Positions 18,925 through 29,800 of a stretch of DNA of 60,360 nt are shown piece by piece (the first letter of the stretch is position 1; each line of letters starts with the position of its first letter). Made by a program: the position numbers and the translations under genes. The stretch covers positions 1 to 60,360 of the forward strand of contig JBBISH010000025.1 of the NCBI GenBank assembly GCA_037441385.1, given 5' to 3'. The DNA is from Myxococcales bacterium. Lineage in GTDB: Bacteria > Myxococcota_A > UBA9042. The notes below the pieces were generated by a model that searched no databases, had not been told where the DNA came from, and worked only from the letters and a program-made list of their open reading frames with translations.

Positions 18925-19117
18925 GGGTGATCCGTGGGCCTTGGGCGGCGCCTCGCCCAACCCTAGCATGGCGACGACAGAGGCATCAACGCGCTCGCCG
19001 TCACGGCTGCCTGGGGTCGCCGCGCGCATGCGTCGGCGGCGCTCGCCTGATTGTCACCGGCCCCCCTGCGCAGTACCCTTTCGCGCGCGCAGCTCTCGCT
19101 GCCCTTGGACGTTCCCC

Positions 19118-19975
19118 TTGCACGACCTGACTGCTCTGACGGATCAAGAACTGGTCGCCGCTGCTCAGGCCGGTGACCGCCGCTCGCTCGAAGTCTTGTG
19201 GGCCCGCCATGCGCCACGGGTCGGCCGGTTCGCCATGCGCATGTGCCGGTCGGCTACCGAGGCGGAGGACGTGGTCCAAGACACGCTGATGGCCGCCACG
19301 CGCACCTTGCCCGGCTTTCGCGGTCAAGCGCAGGTCTCGACCTGGCTCTACCAGATCGCCCGCAGCTTTTGCATCAAGAAGCGCCGCCGCACCCGCTCGG
19401 TCATCCACGCCGACGCGTCGTTCGACACGGACGAGTCGGCCGAAGTCCGCGGTCTGGCGGCAGACGACGCGGGCGTCGATCAGCGCCTCGATCAAGCCCA
19501 GATGACCCAGGCGGTCGAAGAGGCGATGACGCACCTGGCGCCCATGTATCGCGAGGTCTTGCTGCTGCGCGACGTGGAAGGCCTGACCGCTCCCGAGGTG
19601 GCCGACGTCCTGGGTCTGCGCGTCGATGCTGTCAAGTCGCGCCTGCATCGCGCCCGTTTGGCGGTGCGCGAAGAGTTGTCGCCCGCGCTAGAAAGCTCGT
19701 TGCCTACGGCCGGGTCGGATGCGTGTCCCGACGTCTTGAGCCTGTACTCGCGGCACTTGGAAGGCGACATCAGCCCGGACGTGTGTTCGCGTATGGAGCA
19801 GCACCTGGCCGCCTGCCCGCGCTGCCAGGGTCGCTGCGACTCGCTGCGCCGGACGTTGGCCTTGTGCAAGTCCAGCCCGGGGCCGGCTGTCCCCGTGGCG
19901 ACTCAGTTCATGGTGCGCCGGGCCTTGAGCCGCGCGCTGGGTAGCAGTGACTCTGGCGGCGAGGGCCCGATCTGA
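19118..19975 (+). CDS. ECF sigma factor with fused C-terminal zinc-binding anti-sigma (HxxxCxxC) domain; start approximate
   Basis: sigma2 'AEDVVQDT..STWLYQIARSFC'; sigma4 'REVLLLRDVEGLTAPEVADVLG..VKSRLHRAR'; 'CPDV..EQHLAACPRCQGRC'. Confidence 0.88.
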   Translation: MHDLTALTDQELVAAAQAGDRRSLEVLWARHAPRVGRFAMRMCRSATEAEDVVQDTLMAATRTLPGFRGQAQVSTWLYQIARSFCIKKRRRTRSVIHADASFDTDESAEVRGLAADDAGVDQRLDQAQMTQAVEEAMTHLAPMYREVLLLRDVEGLTAPEVADVLGLRVDAVKSRLHRARLAVREELSPALESSLPTAGSDACPDVLSLYSRHLEGDISPDVCSRMEQHLAACPRCQGRCDSLRRTLALCKSSPGPAVPVATQFMVRRALSRALGSSDSGGEGPI

Positions 19976-20246
19976 GCCGCGCCGCCGCGCCCACCAGCCC
20001 TTGACCGCCGCGAGCGGCCGTCCTAGCCTGTCGGACCCGTTCGTCCGCCGCCGCCCCGTTGGTCCGCCACCTGCGTCGGATTGGGAAATTACAGGGGCTG
20101 CGAAATTTGCGGGAGCGATGCATTTGCCGCTGGCGGGTGCGCCGCAGTTGCCCTAACCTGACGCGAGAAGGCAGCTCGCGAACGGTGCATGGCACGCAAC
20201 CCAATCGACGGCCCGCCGCTGCGGGCACCCAACTACGGAGGTCGCC

Positions 20247-20672
20247 ATGGCCCTCAATGAAACGCTGGAACCCGTTGAACTGACTAACGACGAGCTCACC
20301 AAGCAGCGCGCGGTGCTGATCGACAAGCGCGAAAAGATCTTGCAGGCCATGCGCACCGCCGAGTCGCAGCAAGATCCAGACGAGTTGCGGGTCGCCGACG
20401 AAATGGACCTCAGCTCGGTGGGCTACGACCAGGCTTTTGAGTACCGGCTTCGCGACCGCGACGCCACGCTGATCAAGAAGATCGACAAGGCGATTCGCCG
20501 CATCGACGCGGGCGAGTACAACTTCTGCGAAGAGTGCGACGCGGTCATCGGTGCGGCGCGCCTGATCGCTCGGCCTGAGACGGACCTGTGCATCCAGTGC
20601 AAAGAGAAGCAAGAGCATCACGAGAAGATGTACGAAAAGCGCCGCCAGCGCATGACCTCGTTCGAGGCCTGA
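20247..20672 (+). CDS. DksA/TraR family C4 zinc-finger protein
   Basis: GGAGG RBS; coiled coil with 'DEMDLS' tip; 'AIRRIDAGEYNFCEEC..RLIARPETDLCIQCKE'. Confidence 0.9.
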   Translation: MALNETLEPVELTNDELTKQRAVLIDKREKILQAMRTAESQQDPDELRVADEMDLSSVGYDQAFEYRLRDRDATLIKKIDKAIRRIDAGEYNFCEECDAVIGAARLIARPETDLCIQCKEKQEHHEKMYEKRRQRMTSFEA

Positions 20673-20802
20673 TCGCAGCGCAGCTTCGGTGTCGCTCCGT
20701 CGGCGCTGGGGTCTGGACACCTGTTCAGGATTTGGCCATCATCGCCCTAGCTAGGGTCCCTGGACCCCAGACGCGCCGCGCCTGTGCGGGCCAAGGAACG
20801 CC

Positions 20803-22245
20803 GTGGCCGAGGTCCTCTATCCAGCAGCCCTGGGCACCCCCAACGCGCCGTCCAGCTTGATGCTTCGCCGCACCCGGCTCGTGCGCACGGACCCCGACGG
20901 CACGGTCGCCGAGTACATTTTTGACCAGGGCGTCGTCACCTTGGGGTCGATGGACGACAACGATCTGGTCATCGACGACGACCAGGTCAGCCGCTACCAC
21001 GCGCGCATCCACCAAGAGGGCGACGATTTCCTCATCGAGGATTTGCGTTCGACCAACGGCACTTGGATCAACCGCGTTCGCATTCGCGAGGCGTGGCTCA
21101 AGTCCGGGTCGGTGATCCGGCTGGGCAACACCCAGCTGCGGTTCAACATCCAAAACGAGAAGGTAGAGCTGACCCCCAGCCAGCACGAGTCGCTGGGCGG
21201 CATCGTCGGCAAGACCGAGTCGATGCGCAAGCTGATGGGCGCCATCGAGAAAGTCGCGCCGACTGGGGCCACGGTCGTGCTGGAGGGCGAGACCGGCACC
21301 GGCAAAGAGGTGGTGGCGCGGACCATCCACCAGCTGTCGATGCGGCAAAACCACCCGTTCATCGTGTTCGACTGCGGCGCGGTGGCGCAAAACCTCATCG
21401 AAAGCGAGCTATTCGGCCACGAAAAGGGCAGTTTTACCGGGGCGCTCGCGTCGCGGCAGGGCCTGTTCGAGATGGCCCACGGCGGCACCATCTTCTTGGA
21501 CGAGATCGGTGAGCTGGCCCTGGATCTGCAACCGAAATTGCTGCGGGCCTTGGAGCAGCGCGAGATTCGCCGGGTCGGCGGCAATCGGCCGATCAAGATC
21601 GATGTGCGGGTGGTGGCGGCGACCAACCGCGACTTAGCCGAAGAGGTCAAAGCTGGGCGATTCCGAGAGGATCTGTTCTATCGCCTGGGCGTGGTGCGGC
21701 TCAAGCTCCCGGCCCTGCGCGAGCGGCGCGACGACATCCCCCTGCTGGTCCAGCACATGCTGCGGATCGGCAGCTTCAATCGTGTGGGGGACGGCCAGCG
21801 CGTCAAAGGCCTGTCGTTCGAGGCGCGGCAAGCGCTGGGGAGCTATGATTTCCCTGGCAATGTTCGCGAGTTGGGTAACGTCGTCGAGCGCGCCTGCAGC
21901 TTTGCCGAGGGCGACCTGATCCAGCTAGAGGATCTGCCGGACCACATCACCGGTTTTGGCCAGGTGCGCACCCGCCGCAGTGAAGCCCAAGTCACCGAGT
22001 CGCTGCACGGCGGTCGCAGCGGTGGTCCGGCGGCGCCGCTTTTGGCCGATCAGACCTTCAAGATCGCCAAAGAGGCTTGGCTGGGCGCGTTCGAAAAGGA
22101 ATACATCGCCTCGCTGCTCGCGCGACACTCGGGCAACCTCTCGCAGGCTGCCCGCGAGGCCGATGTTGACCGTAAGCATTTCCGTCGGTTGGCGCGCAAG
22201 TACGACTTGATCGCCGGTCGCCCCGACGACGAAGACGAGGACTAG
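20803..22245 (+). CDS. FHA-domain sigma54-dependent enhancer-binding protein (FHA-AAA+-HTH)
   Basis: FHA 'VSRYHA..DLRSTNGT'; Walker A GETGTGKE; ESELFGHEKGSFTGA; FLDEIGE; FREDLFYRL; PGNVREL; Fis-type HTH. Confidence 0.95.
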   Translation: MAEVLYPAALGTPNAPSSLMLRRTRLVRTDPDGTVAEYIFDQGVVTLGSMDDNDLVIDDDQVSRYHARIHQEGDDFLIEDLRSTNGTWINRVRIREAWLKSGSVIRLGNTQLRFNIQNEKVELTPSQHESLGGIVGKTESMRKLMGAIEKVAPTGATVVLEGETGTGKEVVARTIHQLSMRQNHPFIVFDCGAVAQNLIESELFGHEKGSFTGALASRQGLFEMAHGGTIFLDEIGELALDLQPKLLRALEQREIRRVGGNRPIKIDVRVVAATNRDLAEEVKAGRFREDLFYRLGVVRLKLPALRERRDDIPLLVQHMLRIGSFNRVGDGQRVKGLSFEARQALGSYDFPGNVRELGNVVERACSFAEGDLIQLEDLPDHITGFGQVRTRRSEAQVTESLHGGRSGGPAAPLLADQTFKIAKEAWLGAFEKEYIASLLARHSGNLSQAAREADVDRKHFRRLARKYDLIAGRPDDEDED

Positions 22246-22254
22246 CGCCCGACC

Positions 22255-24561
22255 ATGCCACGTCCGCCTGCTTCGCGCTCCAATGATGTCCTGGTCGCCG
22301 CGGTCCTGTTCGCGGCGGCGCTGGCGGCCACGGTGGCCACGGACGACATGGGTTTTGTCCGCGACGAGGCCTTCTATTTCGCCCACGCCGAGACGTACCA
22401 AGACTGGTTCGTTCGCGTCGAAAAGGGCGGCGAAGAGCGGGCCAAGGCCCTGCAGCACAAAGAAATTCTGGACACGTGGCGCAACAACAGCGAGCACCCG
22501 CCCCTGGACAAGATTCTGTTTGGCTGGTCGTGGCGGGCGCTGGGGCGCAAGTTGCGGCCCGTCCAGAACATTGCCGTGGGCGGCGCCGGCGAGCGGCGCT
22601 TGGAGGTCAGCGGCCTGGGTCCGTCCCACGGTTTCCAAGTCGGCGCAGCGGTGACGATTTTGAGTCCGCAGGTGGTCAGCAAAGGCAGCCAGGTGGGCCC
22701 GCGGCGGCTGCTGCAAGGCGAAGTCACCGAGCGCCGCTCCGACTTGGCGATCGTCAAATTGCCGATCGACGTAGACCTGGCCAAGCTGAAGACCACCTGC
22801 GCTGCCCCCGGTCCTGCGCCCGACGGCGCCACGATCTACCGCACCGGCTGCGAAGCGGTGGAGCGGAGCTGGAGTTATATCCTTAGTGAATCCGCCGCCA
22901 TGCGCTTGCCCGGCGCCGCCTTTGGCGCGCTGATGGTCGCGCTGATCTACCTGGTCGCCCGCGGCTTCTTTGCCGGCCGCGTCACCGCTGCGGGCATTGG
23001 CACCCTGCGCCGCCCGTTCGCTCTTCTGGCTGCAGTGGGCTATCTGTGCATTCCACAAGCGTTCTGGAACGCGCACTTGTGCACCTTCGACACGACGATC
23101 GCCGCCTTGCTGCTGCTGACCACGGCCGCTTGGCATCGGGCGCTGGCGTCGCGGCCGTGGGTTTTCCTGACCGCCATCGCTTGGGGTCTGGCGCTTTTGG
23201 CCAAGCATAATGCGCTGTTCTTGCCTGTGCCCCTGCTGGGTCACTGGCTGTGGACTTCGCTGCGCGAGGGCCGGGTGCACCTGCACATCGAGGCGGGGCG
23301 CAAACAGCGCTTGGCCTACCTGGCCGTGGCGGTGCTGTTTGGCCTCCTGGGCGCCTGGCTGCACCCCTTGCTGGGCGTGGGCCTAGCGCTGCTGGTCCTG
23401 GTGACTCCGCGTATTCGAATGGAAATTCCGCCTGTTCCCGGCGTGTTCCTGGCGATGCTGCTCATCGGCCCGGCGATCTTGGTGGCTGGCTGGCCGTTGC
23501 TGTGGGTCGACTCGCTGGACAACCTGCTGCGCTGGATCGAATTCCACCTCCACCACGAGCACTACATGCAGTACTGGTTCGGTCATGTGCTGCAGTACCC
23601 GCCGTTCCCGGCGATCTACTCGTGGAGCATGACCGCGCTCACCTGGCCGATCAGCTTGCTGGTCGCCTTTGGCGTGGGGCTGGTGGCGGTGTACGGCCCG
23701 CAGCGCTGGCGCCGGCGCGGCCAGGCGGCCGATCACGAGCGACGCCAGGGGTGGCTGTACGCCGAACAAAGCACCGTGGATGGCCGGACCCCCGAGCAGC
23801 GTTCGTGGGACCGACTCGTCCTGCTCTCGGCGATCTGGCCGATGGCGCTGATCTCCATGCCCGGCACGCCGATCTTTGGCGGCACCAAGCACTGGATGCC
23901 GGCGTTTCCGTTCATGTTGCTCATCGCCGCGCGCGGGGTCCAGGCGGTGTGGCAGCACCTGACGCAGCGTTGGGCCGACGCCGATGGCGAGCCGAAATGG
24001 CTTGCCACGGCGCTGGGTTGGCTCCTCGCGCTGGGCCTGCTGGCGCCCGCGGCTCAGGCCACGGCCGACACCTACGTACACGGCGCCGCCTACTTCAACG
24101 AGCTGGTCGGCGGTATCCCTGGCGCGGCCGCGGCGGGCATGCAGCGGAATTTCTGGGGCGGCTCGACCCGCGACGGTCTGGAGTATGTCAACGCTCACGC
24201 ACCAGCCAACGCCTCGATTTGGTTCCACAAATCCGCCTGGGGCGCCTACCAGATGTACCAGCGCGAGGGCTGGTTCCGCCGCGATCTGCGCTATGGCGGC
24301 GGGCCCGAGGGCACCGCCATGGGCTTTTTCCACCACCAAAAAGATCACGACGACTTTGAGCTGGACCTGATGCGCGACTACCGGCGCCGCGAGCCGGTGT
24401 TCCAGTCCACGTTGAGCGGCGTGCCGATTTTGTCCGTCTACCAGCGGCCGTTGCCAGGTGGCGAGCCGCCCGTCGCGCCGCCCGTCGCGCCGATACAACC
24501 CTTGGCGCCGCCCAAGCTGGCGCTGCCGTTGCCCAAGGCGGCCACCCCCAGCCTGCGCTAG
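22255..24561 (+). CDS. GT-C fold glycosyltransferase (GT39/ArnT/PMT-like) with a soluble insert
   Basis: 'RDEAFY' acidic motif after TM1, 'EHPPLDK', 'RLP', 'GLALLAKHNA', many TM helices, 'YFNELVGG' C-terminal motif; 9 bp after the activator gene. Confidence 0.82.
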   Translation: MPRPPASRSNDVLVAAVLFAAALAATVATDDMGFVRDEAFYFAHAETYQDWFVRVEKGGEERAKALQHKEILDTWRNNSEHPPLDKILFGWSWRALGRKLRPVQNIAVGGAGERRLEVSGLGPSHGFQVGAAVTILSPQVVSKGSQVGPRRLLQGEVTERRSDLAIVKLPIDVDLAKLKTTCAAPGPAPDGATIYRTGCEAVERSWSYILSESAAMRLPGAAFGALMVALIYLVARGFFAGRVTAAGIGTLRRPFALLAAVGYLCIPQAFWNAHLCTFDTTIAALLLLTTAAWHRALASRPWVFLTAIAWGLALLAKHNALFLPVPLLGHWLWTSLREGRVHLHIEAGRKQRLAYLAVAVLFGLLGAWLHPLLGVGLALLVLVTPRIRMEIPPVPGVFLAMLLIGPAILVAGWPLLWVDSLDNLLRWIEFHLHHEHYMQYWFGHVLQYPPFPAIYSWSMTALTWPISLLVAFGVGLVAVYGPQRWRRRGQAADHERRQGWLYAEQSTVDGRTPEQRSWDRLVLLSAIWPMALISMPGTPIFGGTKHWMPAFPFMLLIAARGVQAVWQHLTQRWADADGEPKWLATALGWLLALGLLAPAAQATADTYVHGAAYFNELVGGIPGAAAAGMQRNFWGGSTRDGLEYVNAHAPANASIWFHKSAWGAYQMYQREGWFRRDLRYGGGPEGTAMGFFHHQKDHDDFELDLMRDYRRREPVFQSTLSGVPILSVYQRPLPGGEPPVAPPVAPIQPLAPPKLALPLPKAATPSLR

Positions 24562-24802
24562 AACACCAATCACAAATCTCCGAGGTTCAGAGCAACGAGA
24601 CCATTCGCTGACGAAAACTCGTTGATGCTCAGTGGGTCGCAAGCGGGCGCTTGCGCGACCCGCCGCGACGTTTGCCCCCAGGACCGGGTTTCTGATCGGT
24701 CTCTAGCCCGCGCCCGGCGGCGGCCAGCGGTTGCCCAGCCGCGAGTCTGTACGTACACTTGCGCGCTCGCTGCGCTTTCACAGCCAGCCACCGGAACTCA
24801 CC

Positions 24803-26506
24803 TTGCTTGCTCGTCCCCCTCAATTGGCTTTGCGTCTGCCGCGATGCGCCGCGCTTCGGTCGGCGCTGTTGTGCGCCATCGCGACCCTGGCCAGCGCAAC
24901 GCCCGTGTGGGCCGACACGCCACCGCCCGCGCTAGAGGCTTCGCGCCCCCTCGCCGCGGCCCCACTGGTGCACGTGGAATGGCACGGCGCCGTGCGTGCC
25001 CGCGCCGAGATGCTGGGCGGCGTCCGCGACAATGCCGACAACGCCGAGCTGCCGACCCACCTGGATGTGCGCCACGGCAGTGCCGACCCGCACAGCAGTA
25101 CGCTGGCCGATCGCTTGCAGGGCGCGGACTTGCGGTTGCGCCTGGAGCCGACGGTGCACGTGGGCGACTGGTCGCAGCTCAACCTGCAACTCGACGCCTG
25201 GGGGATGGCAGGCGGCCGCCCCACGCTGGCTTCGTTCGCCGATCGCTACGGATCGGGCGACTGGAGCAACGGTTCGCTGCAGTCTGGGCTGGCCATGCGG
25301 CGCGTGTGGCTGCACAGCAAAGTCTTTGGGCTGTTGGACTTGGACGTGGGCCGCCAGCCCGATCACTTTGGCATGGGCGTGGTTCGCCACAGCGGCGACG
25401 ATCTGCTGGGCGATTGGCAGACCAGCGTCGACAAGATCAAGATCGGGATCGAGTTGCTCGGCTTTCGGTTCTCGGTCGCCCGCGCCAACTTGTTTTCGTG
25501 GCCGTCGGGTCAGGGCGGCAACGGCGCCACGTTGTACAATTCCTACTCCGGCCAGGTCACCAACGGCGCCTGGGTCATGAGCAGCGGCCAGTCGGGCCTG
25601 CCATTCCACGACAGCAGCGACGTCATCCGCTACGACTTCAGCGTGGCGGGCGGCAAGCTCCGCGGCGAACCCGGTCTGGAGTGGGCCCTGGCGCTGCTCT
25701 GGCAAACCCAGGACCAGGCCTTCCAGCTCGAAAGCCTGCAGAATCCTGGTACCACTGCGCCCCAGCCCGACAAGCAGCTGGCCAGTCCGGCCTGCGGCGA
25801 TGACTGCGTTCGGCTCACGCAGCGCTTGTACAAAAGCTACACCTTTCAGGCTTATACGGCGTGGCGTGGCACGTGGCGTTCGGCGCCGCTGTCGCTGCAG
25901 GCCGAAGGTGACGCGATCTACGGCACGATTGGCCGCACCGACATCACCAACGATCCCGATGCCAAGACCCTGGTCGCTGGCGGGGGCGCGGCGCGGGCGA
26001 CTTGGCAACCCGGCTTGCTGGACCTGCGGCTAGACGCGGGTGCGGCCAGTGGCGAGTCCAACGGCGGCTTTGGCGTCAACGACACCAACAACTTCAAGCT
26101 GGGCGGCACTCCCGACGGCGCCGACCGCAACATGATGACTGGTTTCCGCTTCAATCGCGCCATGCGCGTGGATGGCCTGCTTTTCCGCGACGTGATTGGC
26201 GCGGTCGCCAACGCGGCCTACTTGCGGCCAGCGGTCGTGTGGCACCCGCTGGGGCGCGGCAGCAGTGACGTGGCGCTGGAAGCGGCGGTCCTGGGCGCTG
26301 TGGCGCTGTCGCCCGATGCAACTCCTGGTAAACACGCGTGGATTGGCCTGGAGCCCGAATTGTCGGCCCACTGGCGCATGGACCAGGGCGTGGACCTGTT
26401 CGGCCGCGGTTCGCTGCTTTTGCCGGGCGAGGCGTTGGCCAACCCCGCTGGCGTCCGTGCCGAGCCGGCCTGGCGCGCCGATGCCGTGGTGCGCTGGCGA
26501 TTCTAG
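24803..26506 (+). CDS. Outer-membrane beta-barrel, TIGR04551-like (myxobacterial); start uncertain
   Basis: Signal peptide '..ASATPVWA'; 'RRVW..GRQPDHFGMG', 'LLFRDVIGAVANAAYLRP'; amphipathic strands; terminal Phe (VRWRF). Confidence 0.75.
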   Translation: MLARPPQLALRLPRCAALRSALLCAIATLASATPVWADTPPPALEASRPLAAAPLVHVEWHGAVRARAEMLGGVRDNADNAELPTHLDVRHGSADPHSSTLADRLQGADLRLRLEPTVHVGDWSQLNLQLDAWGMAGGRPTLASFADRYGSGDWSNGSLQSGLAMRRVWLHSKVFGLLDLDVGRQPDHFGMGVVRHSGDDLLGDWQTSVDKIKIGIELLGFRFSVARANLFSWPSGQGGNGATLYNSYSGQVTNGAWVMSSGQSGLPFHDSSDVIRYDFSVAGGKLRGEPGLEWALALLWQTQDQAFQLESLQNPGTTAPQPDKQLASPACGDDCVRLTQRLYKSYTFQAYTAWRGTWRSAPLSLQAEGDAIYGTIGRTDITNDPDAKTLVAGGGAARATWQPGLLDLRLDAGAASGESNGGFGVNDTNNFKLGGTPDGADRNMMTGFRFNRAMRVDGLLFRDVIGAVANAAYLRPAVVWHPLGRGSSDVALEAAVLGAVALSPDATPGKHAWIGLEPELSAHWRMDQGVDLFGRGSLLLPGEALANPAGVRAEPAWRADAVVRWRF

Positions 26507-26701
26507 TTTCGTCGGCCAGCGACACCGCAAAAGTCTGCAAAATCAGAGGTCGCGCCTAGCGCATCCAACGCTGACGCCGCTGGAAGAACGGTTGCGATGG
26601 CCATGCCTTCCCGCCAATTCTTCGTTTCAACAGGCAGTTGAGTGACCCAGAGCCATGGCCGCCCTTGCCGCGGCAAAGGATGTCCGCCGACTCGCGCCGA
26701 T

Positions 26702-26730
26702 TTGTGCCTGGCCCCAGACGGTGGTATTTT
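26702..26730 (+). promoter_or_regulatory. Putative sigma70 promoter with extended -10
   Basis: TTGTGC-N17-TATTTT with TGn before the -10; 70 bp before ATG 26801. Confidence 0.5.
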
Positions 26731-26800
26731 GCGGGATTTGGGTTCGTACCTGTGCCGCCTTGCCCCAGGCTCCGGCACAGCGACAGCCAAGGAGCGCGCA

Positions 26801-29800
26801 ATGACCCAGTTCGGCCAGCCCGGCAATCCGCAGGCAGCCCCTCGCACTTTCGCGGCGATCCTTCGGCGCGTGGCCGGCGTTTCCCTGTTTGCCTTGGCGC
26901 TGTCGGGCTGCGGTGACACGCTGGTCCAGGCGAACGACGCGGCGAGCGACAGCCAAGTGGGCGACGATGCGGCCGGTTCGGACACCAAGACCGATGCCAC
27001 CAAAGTGGACGCCGTCACCGCGGACAGCAAGCCCTCCGACACGGTTCAGACCGACACCCAAGTGGCGGACAGCCCGGACAGCCAGCCGCTCGACGGCGTG
27101 GACGACACGACGGCCGACACTCAAGCCGACACCCTGCCGGACACCCAAGCCGACGCGGCCGAGCTCGACACCGGCGACACCGAGCAGGTCGACACCGGGG
27201 TGGTCGACGTGGTCCAACCCGACAGCACCCCCGACACGGTCACCCCGATCGTGCCAGGGGTGTTCTCGACTGCCTGCAGCAGCGCCAGTGACTGCGCCAA
27301 TTCGTGCGCCATCGGCGCCACCTGCGACGCCGGGACCTGCAAGTACACCGTCAAGTCCAATGCCTGCCTGTTCGACCTGGGCGGCGGTCAAGTCGAATGC
27401 ATGGCCGTTGGCGATATCTCGACGAAGAAGCCCTGCCTCGCTTGCCAGATGGGCCCCAAGTCCGCCGCGGTCACCTCCAACTTGTGGCTCAAGCGCCTGG
27501 ACGGCCCGGGCGAAGGCGTCGATATCGTCGACATCTTCAAGACCGGATTGACCTGGAACTTCAGCAAGGCGCGCTCCATCTCTGGTGGCGCCTCGCTGTA
27601 CTTTGGCGATCCCGCCAAGGCCACCTACAACAACAACAAGCAGGTGGGCGGCACCGCCACCCTGCCTAGCGTGCAAGTCCCCAACAAGCCAGGACTCTTG
27701 CCCAAGCTCAACTTCTGGCTGTGGCTTTCGACCGAAAAGGCCGTGGGCGACGACCTGCTGACGGTGCGCGTCCTGGGCGGCGAGACGCCCGTCAAGGTCT
27801 GGACCAGCGACGCCATCGGCGGCAGCACGGGCGGCGTGTGGCAGCGCATTTCGATCGAACTCAAGGATTACGTGGGCCAAACGGTTCAGTTCCAGTTCGC
27901 CTTCGAGACCAAGGACGGCATCGCCAACGCCTACGAGGGCGCCTACATCGACGACGTGGCCATCAGCACCGGTTGTTGCGCCAGCACCGCCGAGTGTGAC
28001 GACGGCGACGCATGCTCCGCCGACCTTTGCCAAGACGGCGAGGGCGGCATGCCCGTCTGCAGCCACAGCGCCAAGGCCAACTGCTGCAGCACCAACGGCC
28101 AGTGCGACGACGGCAAACCGTGCACCCTCGACCTATGCTCGGGCCCCGGCGGCACTTGCAGCCACAGCGACGTGCCCAACTGCTGCTTGGCCGACAGCGA
28201 CTGCAACGACCAAAACGACTGCACGCTGGACAAGTGTCCGGCGGCCGGTGGCAGCTGCAGCCACCTGAACACCTGCTGCAAGACCGACGGCGAATGCACG
28301 GTCAACGACCCGTGCAAGAAGGGTATCTGCGCCACCGGCATTTGCGCCGAAGTCAACCTGTGCTGCGCGTTTGACAGCGAGTGCGACGACCAGAACCCCT
28401 GCACCGGCGACGCTTGCGACAAGGGCAAGTGCCTCCACACCGCCCTGGCCGTGCCTGGCTGCTGCGCCCCCAGCTTGCTCAACGCCACGTTCGCGGGCAG
28501 CGACGAGGGCTTTACCACTACCTCGACCAAGCCGGAATTGGGTTGGACTTATCAAGATTTGGCCAACGCTCACTCGGCACCTGGGGCTTTGCATATGGGC
28601 AACCTCAGCGCGGCCACCATGAGCGTGCCCAACAACCCCACTTGGAAGGTCACGGCGATCTCGTCGCCGTTCACCGTGCTCGCTGGCATGGAAACCACGC
28701 TGACCTTCTGGGCGTTCGCGCCCAGCAGCGCCTACAGCAGCTACAGCCTGCGCGCCTACTCGGTCATCGACGGCACCGAGGTCACGTATGCCAACATCTC
28801 GGGCTTCACGCTGGCCAATACGTGGAAGCAGTACACGTTTGACCTGACGCCGATGGGCGGAAAGAGCTTCGACGTCCGCTTTGAGTACAAGCCCTCGTCT
28901 ACCAGCGGCACCACGACCGGGCCCGGCATCTACATCGACGACGTCAGCGTCAGCTCGACCTGCAAGGCCAAGGTGTGCAGCAGCGCCGCCAACTGCCCGG
29001 TCACGGGCCTGACCTGCTTGACCGGCGTGTGCAGCAACGGCACCTGCAGCTACGCCAACAACTGCTGCACCGGTCCAAGCGACTGCAACGACAACAACCT
29101 GTGCACCACCGACTCGTGCGGCTCCAGCAAGCTGTGCTCGTTCGCGCCGATCAAGGGCTGCTGCATGGGCCCCGGCGACTGCAACGACAACAACGCCTGC
29201 ACCGAGGACGTCTGCCCCGGCCCCGGTGGCCAGTGCAATAACCCCGCGATCCCCGGCTGCTGCCTGTCTTCGGCCCAGTGCGACGACAAGAACGCCTGCA
29301 CCGTCGACTCGTGCGTGTCGAACAAGTGCGTCAACCAGAACTCGTGTTGCACCACCGACAAGGACTGCGCCGACGGCGAGACCACCTGCACCATCGACAA
29401 GTGCGTGAGCAGCAAGTGCGCCCACACCCCCACCGGGGCGCCCGGCTGCTGCCAACCCGACGTGTGGACCAACGATTTTGACGGCGGCGACATCAAGGGC
29501 ATCACCCTCACCAACAGCGCGGGCGCAACCAAGGGCTGGCAGCTGACCACCGCGCAACCCAGCGGGATCGCCAAGACCGCGCCCGGGGTGCTGTACTACG
29601 GCGACACCAGCACGGGCAACTTTGACTTTGGCGCCACCAACGGCACCGCCACCACCCCCAAGGTGCTCTTGCCCGCTGACACGCCCAGCAAGCTTACCTT
29701 CGATTTGTACATGGACACCGAGTCGGGCACCTCGTACGACAACCTGACCGTAACGGTGGTGGTCGGCACCCAGAAGCTGACGGCTTTTACCAAGAACGCC

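Noticed and set aside
20190..20205. TGGCACG as a sigma54 -24 element before the DksA-family gene
   Set aside because: No GC at the -12 position (reads CCAA).
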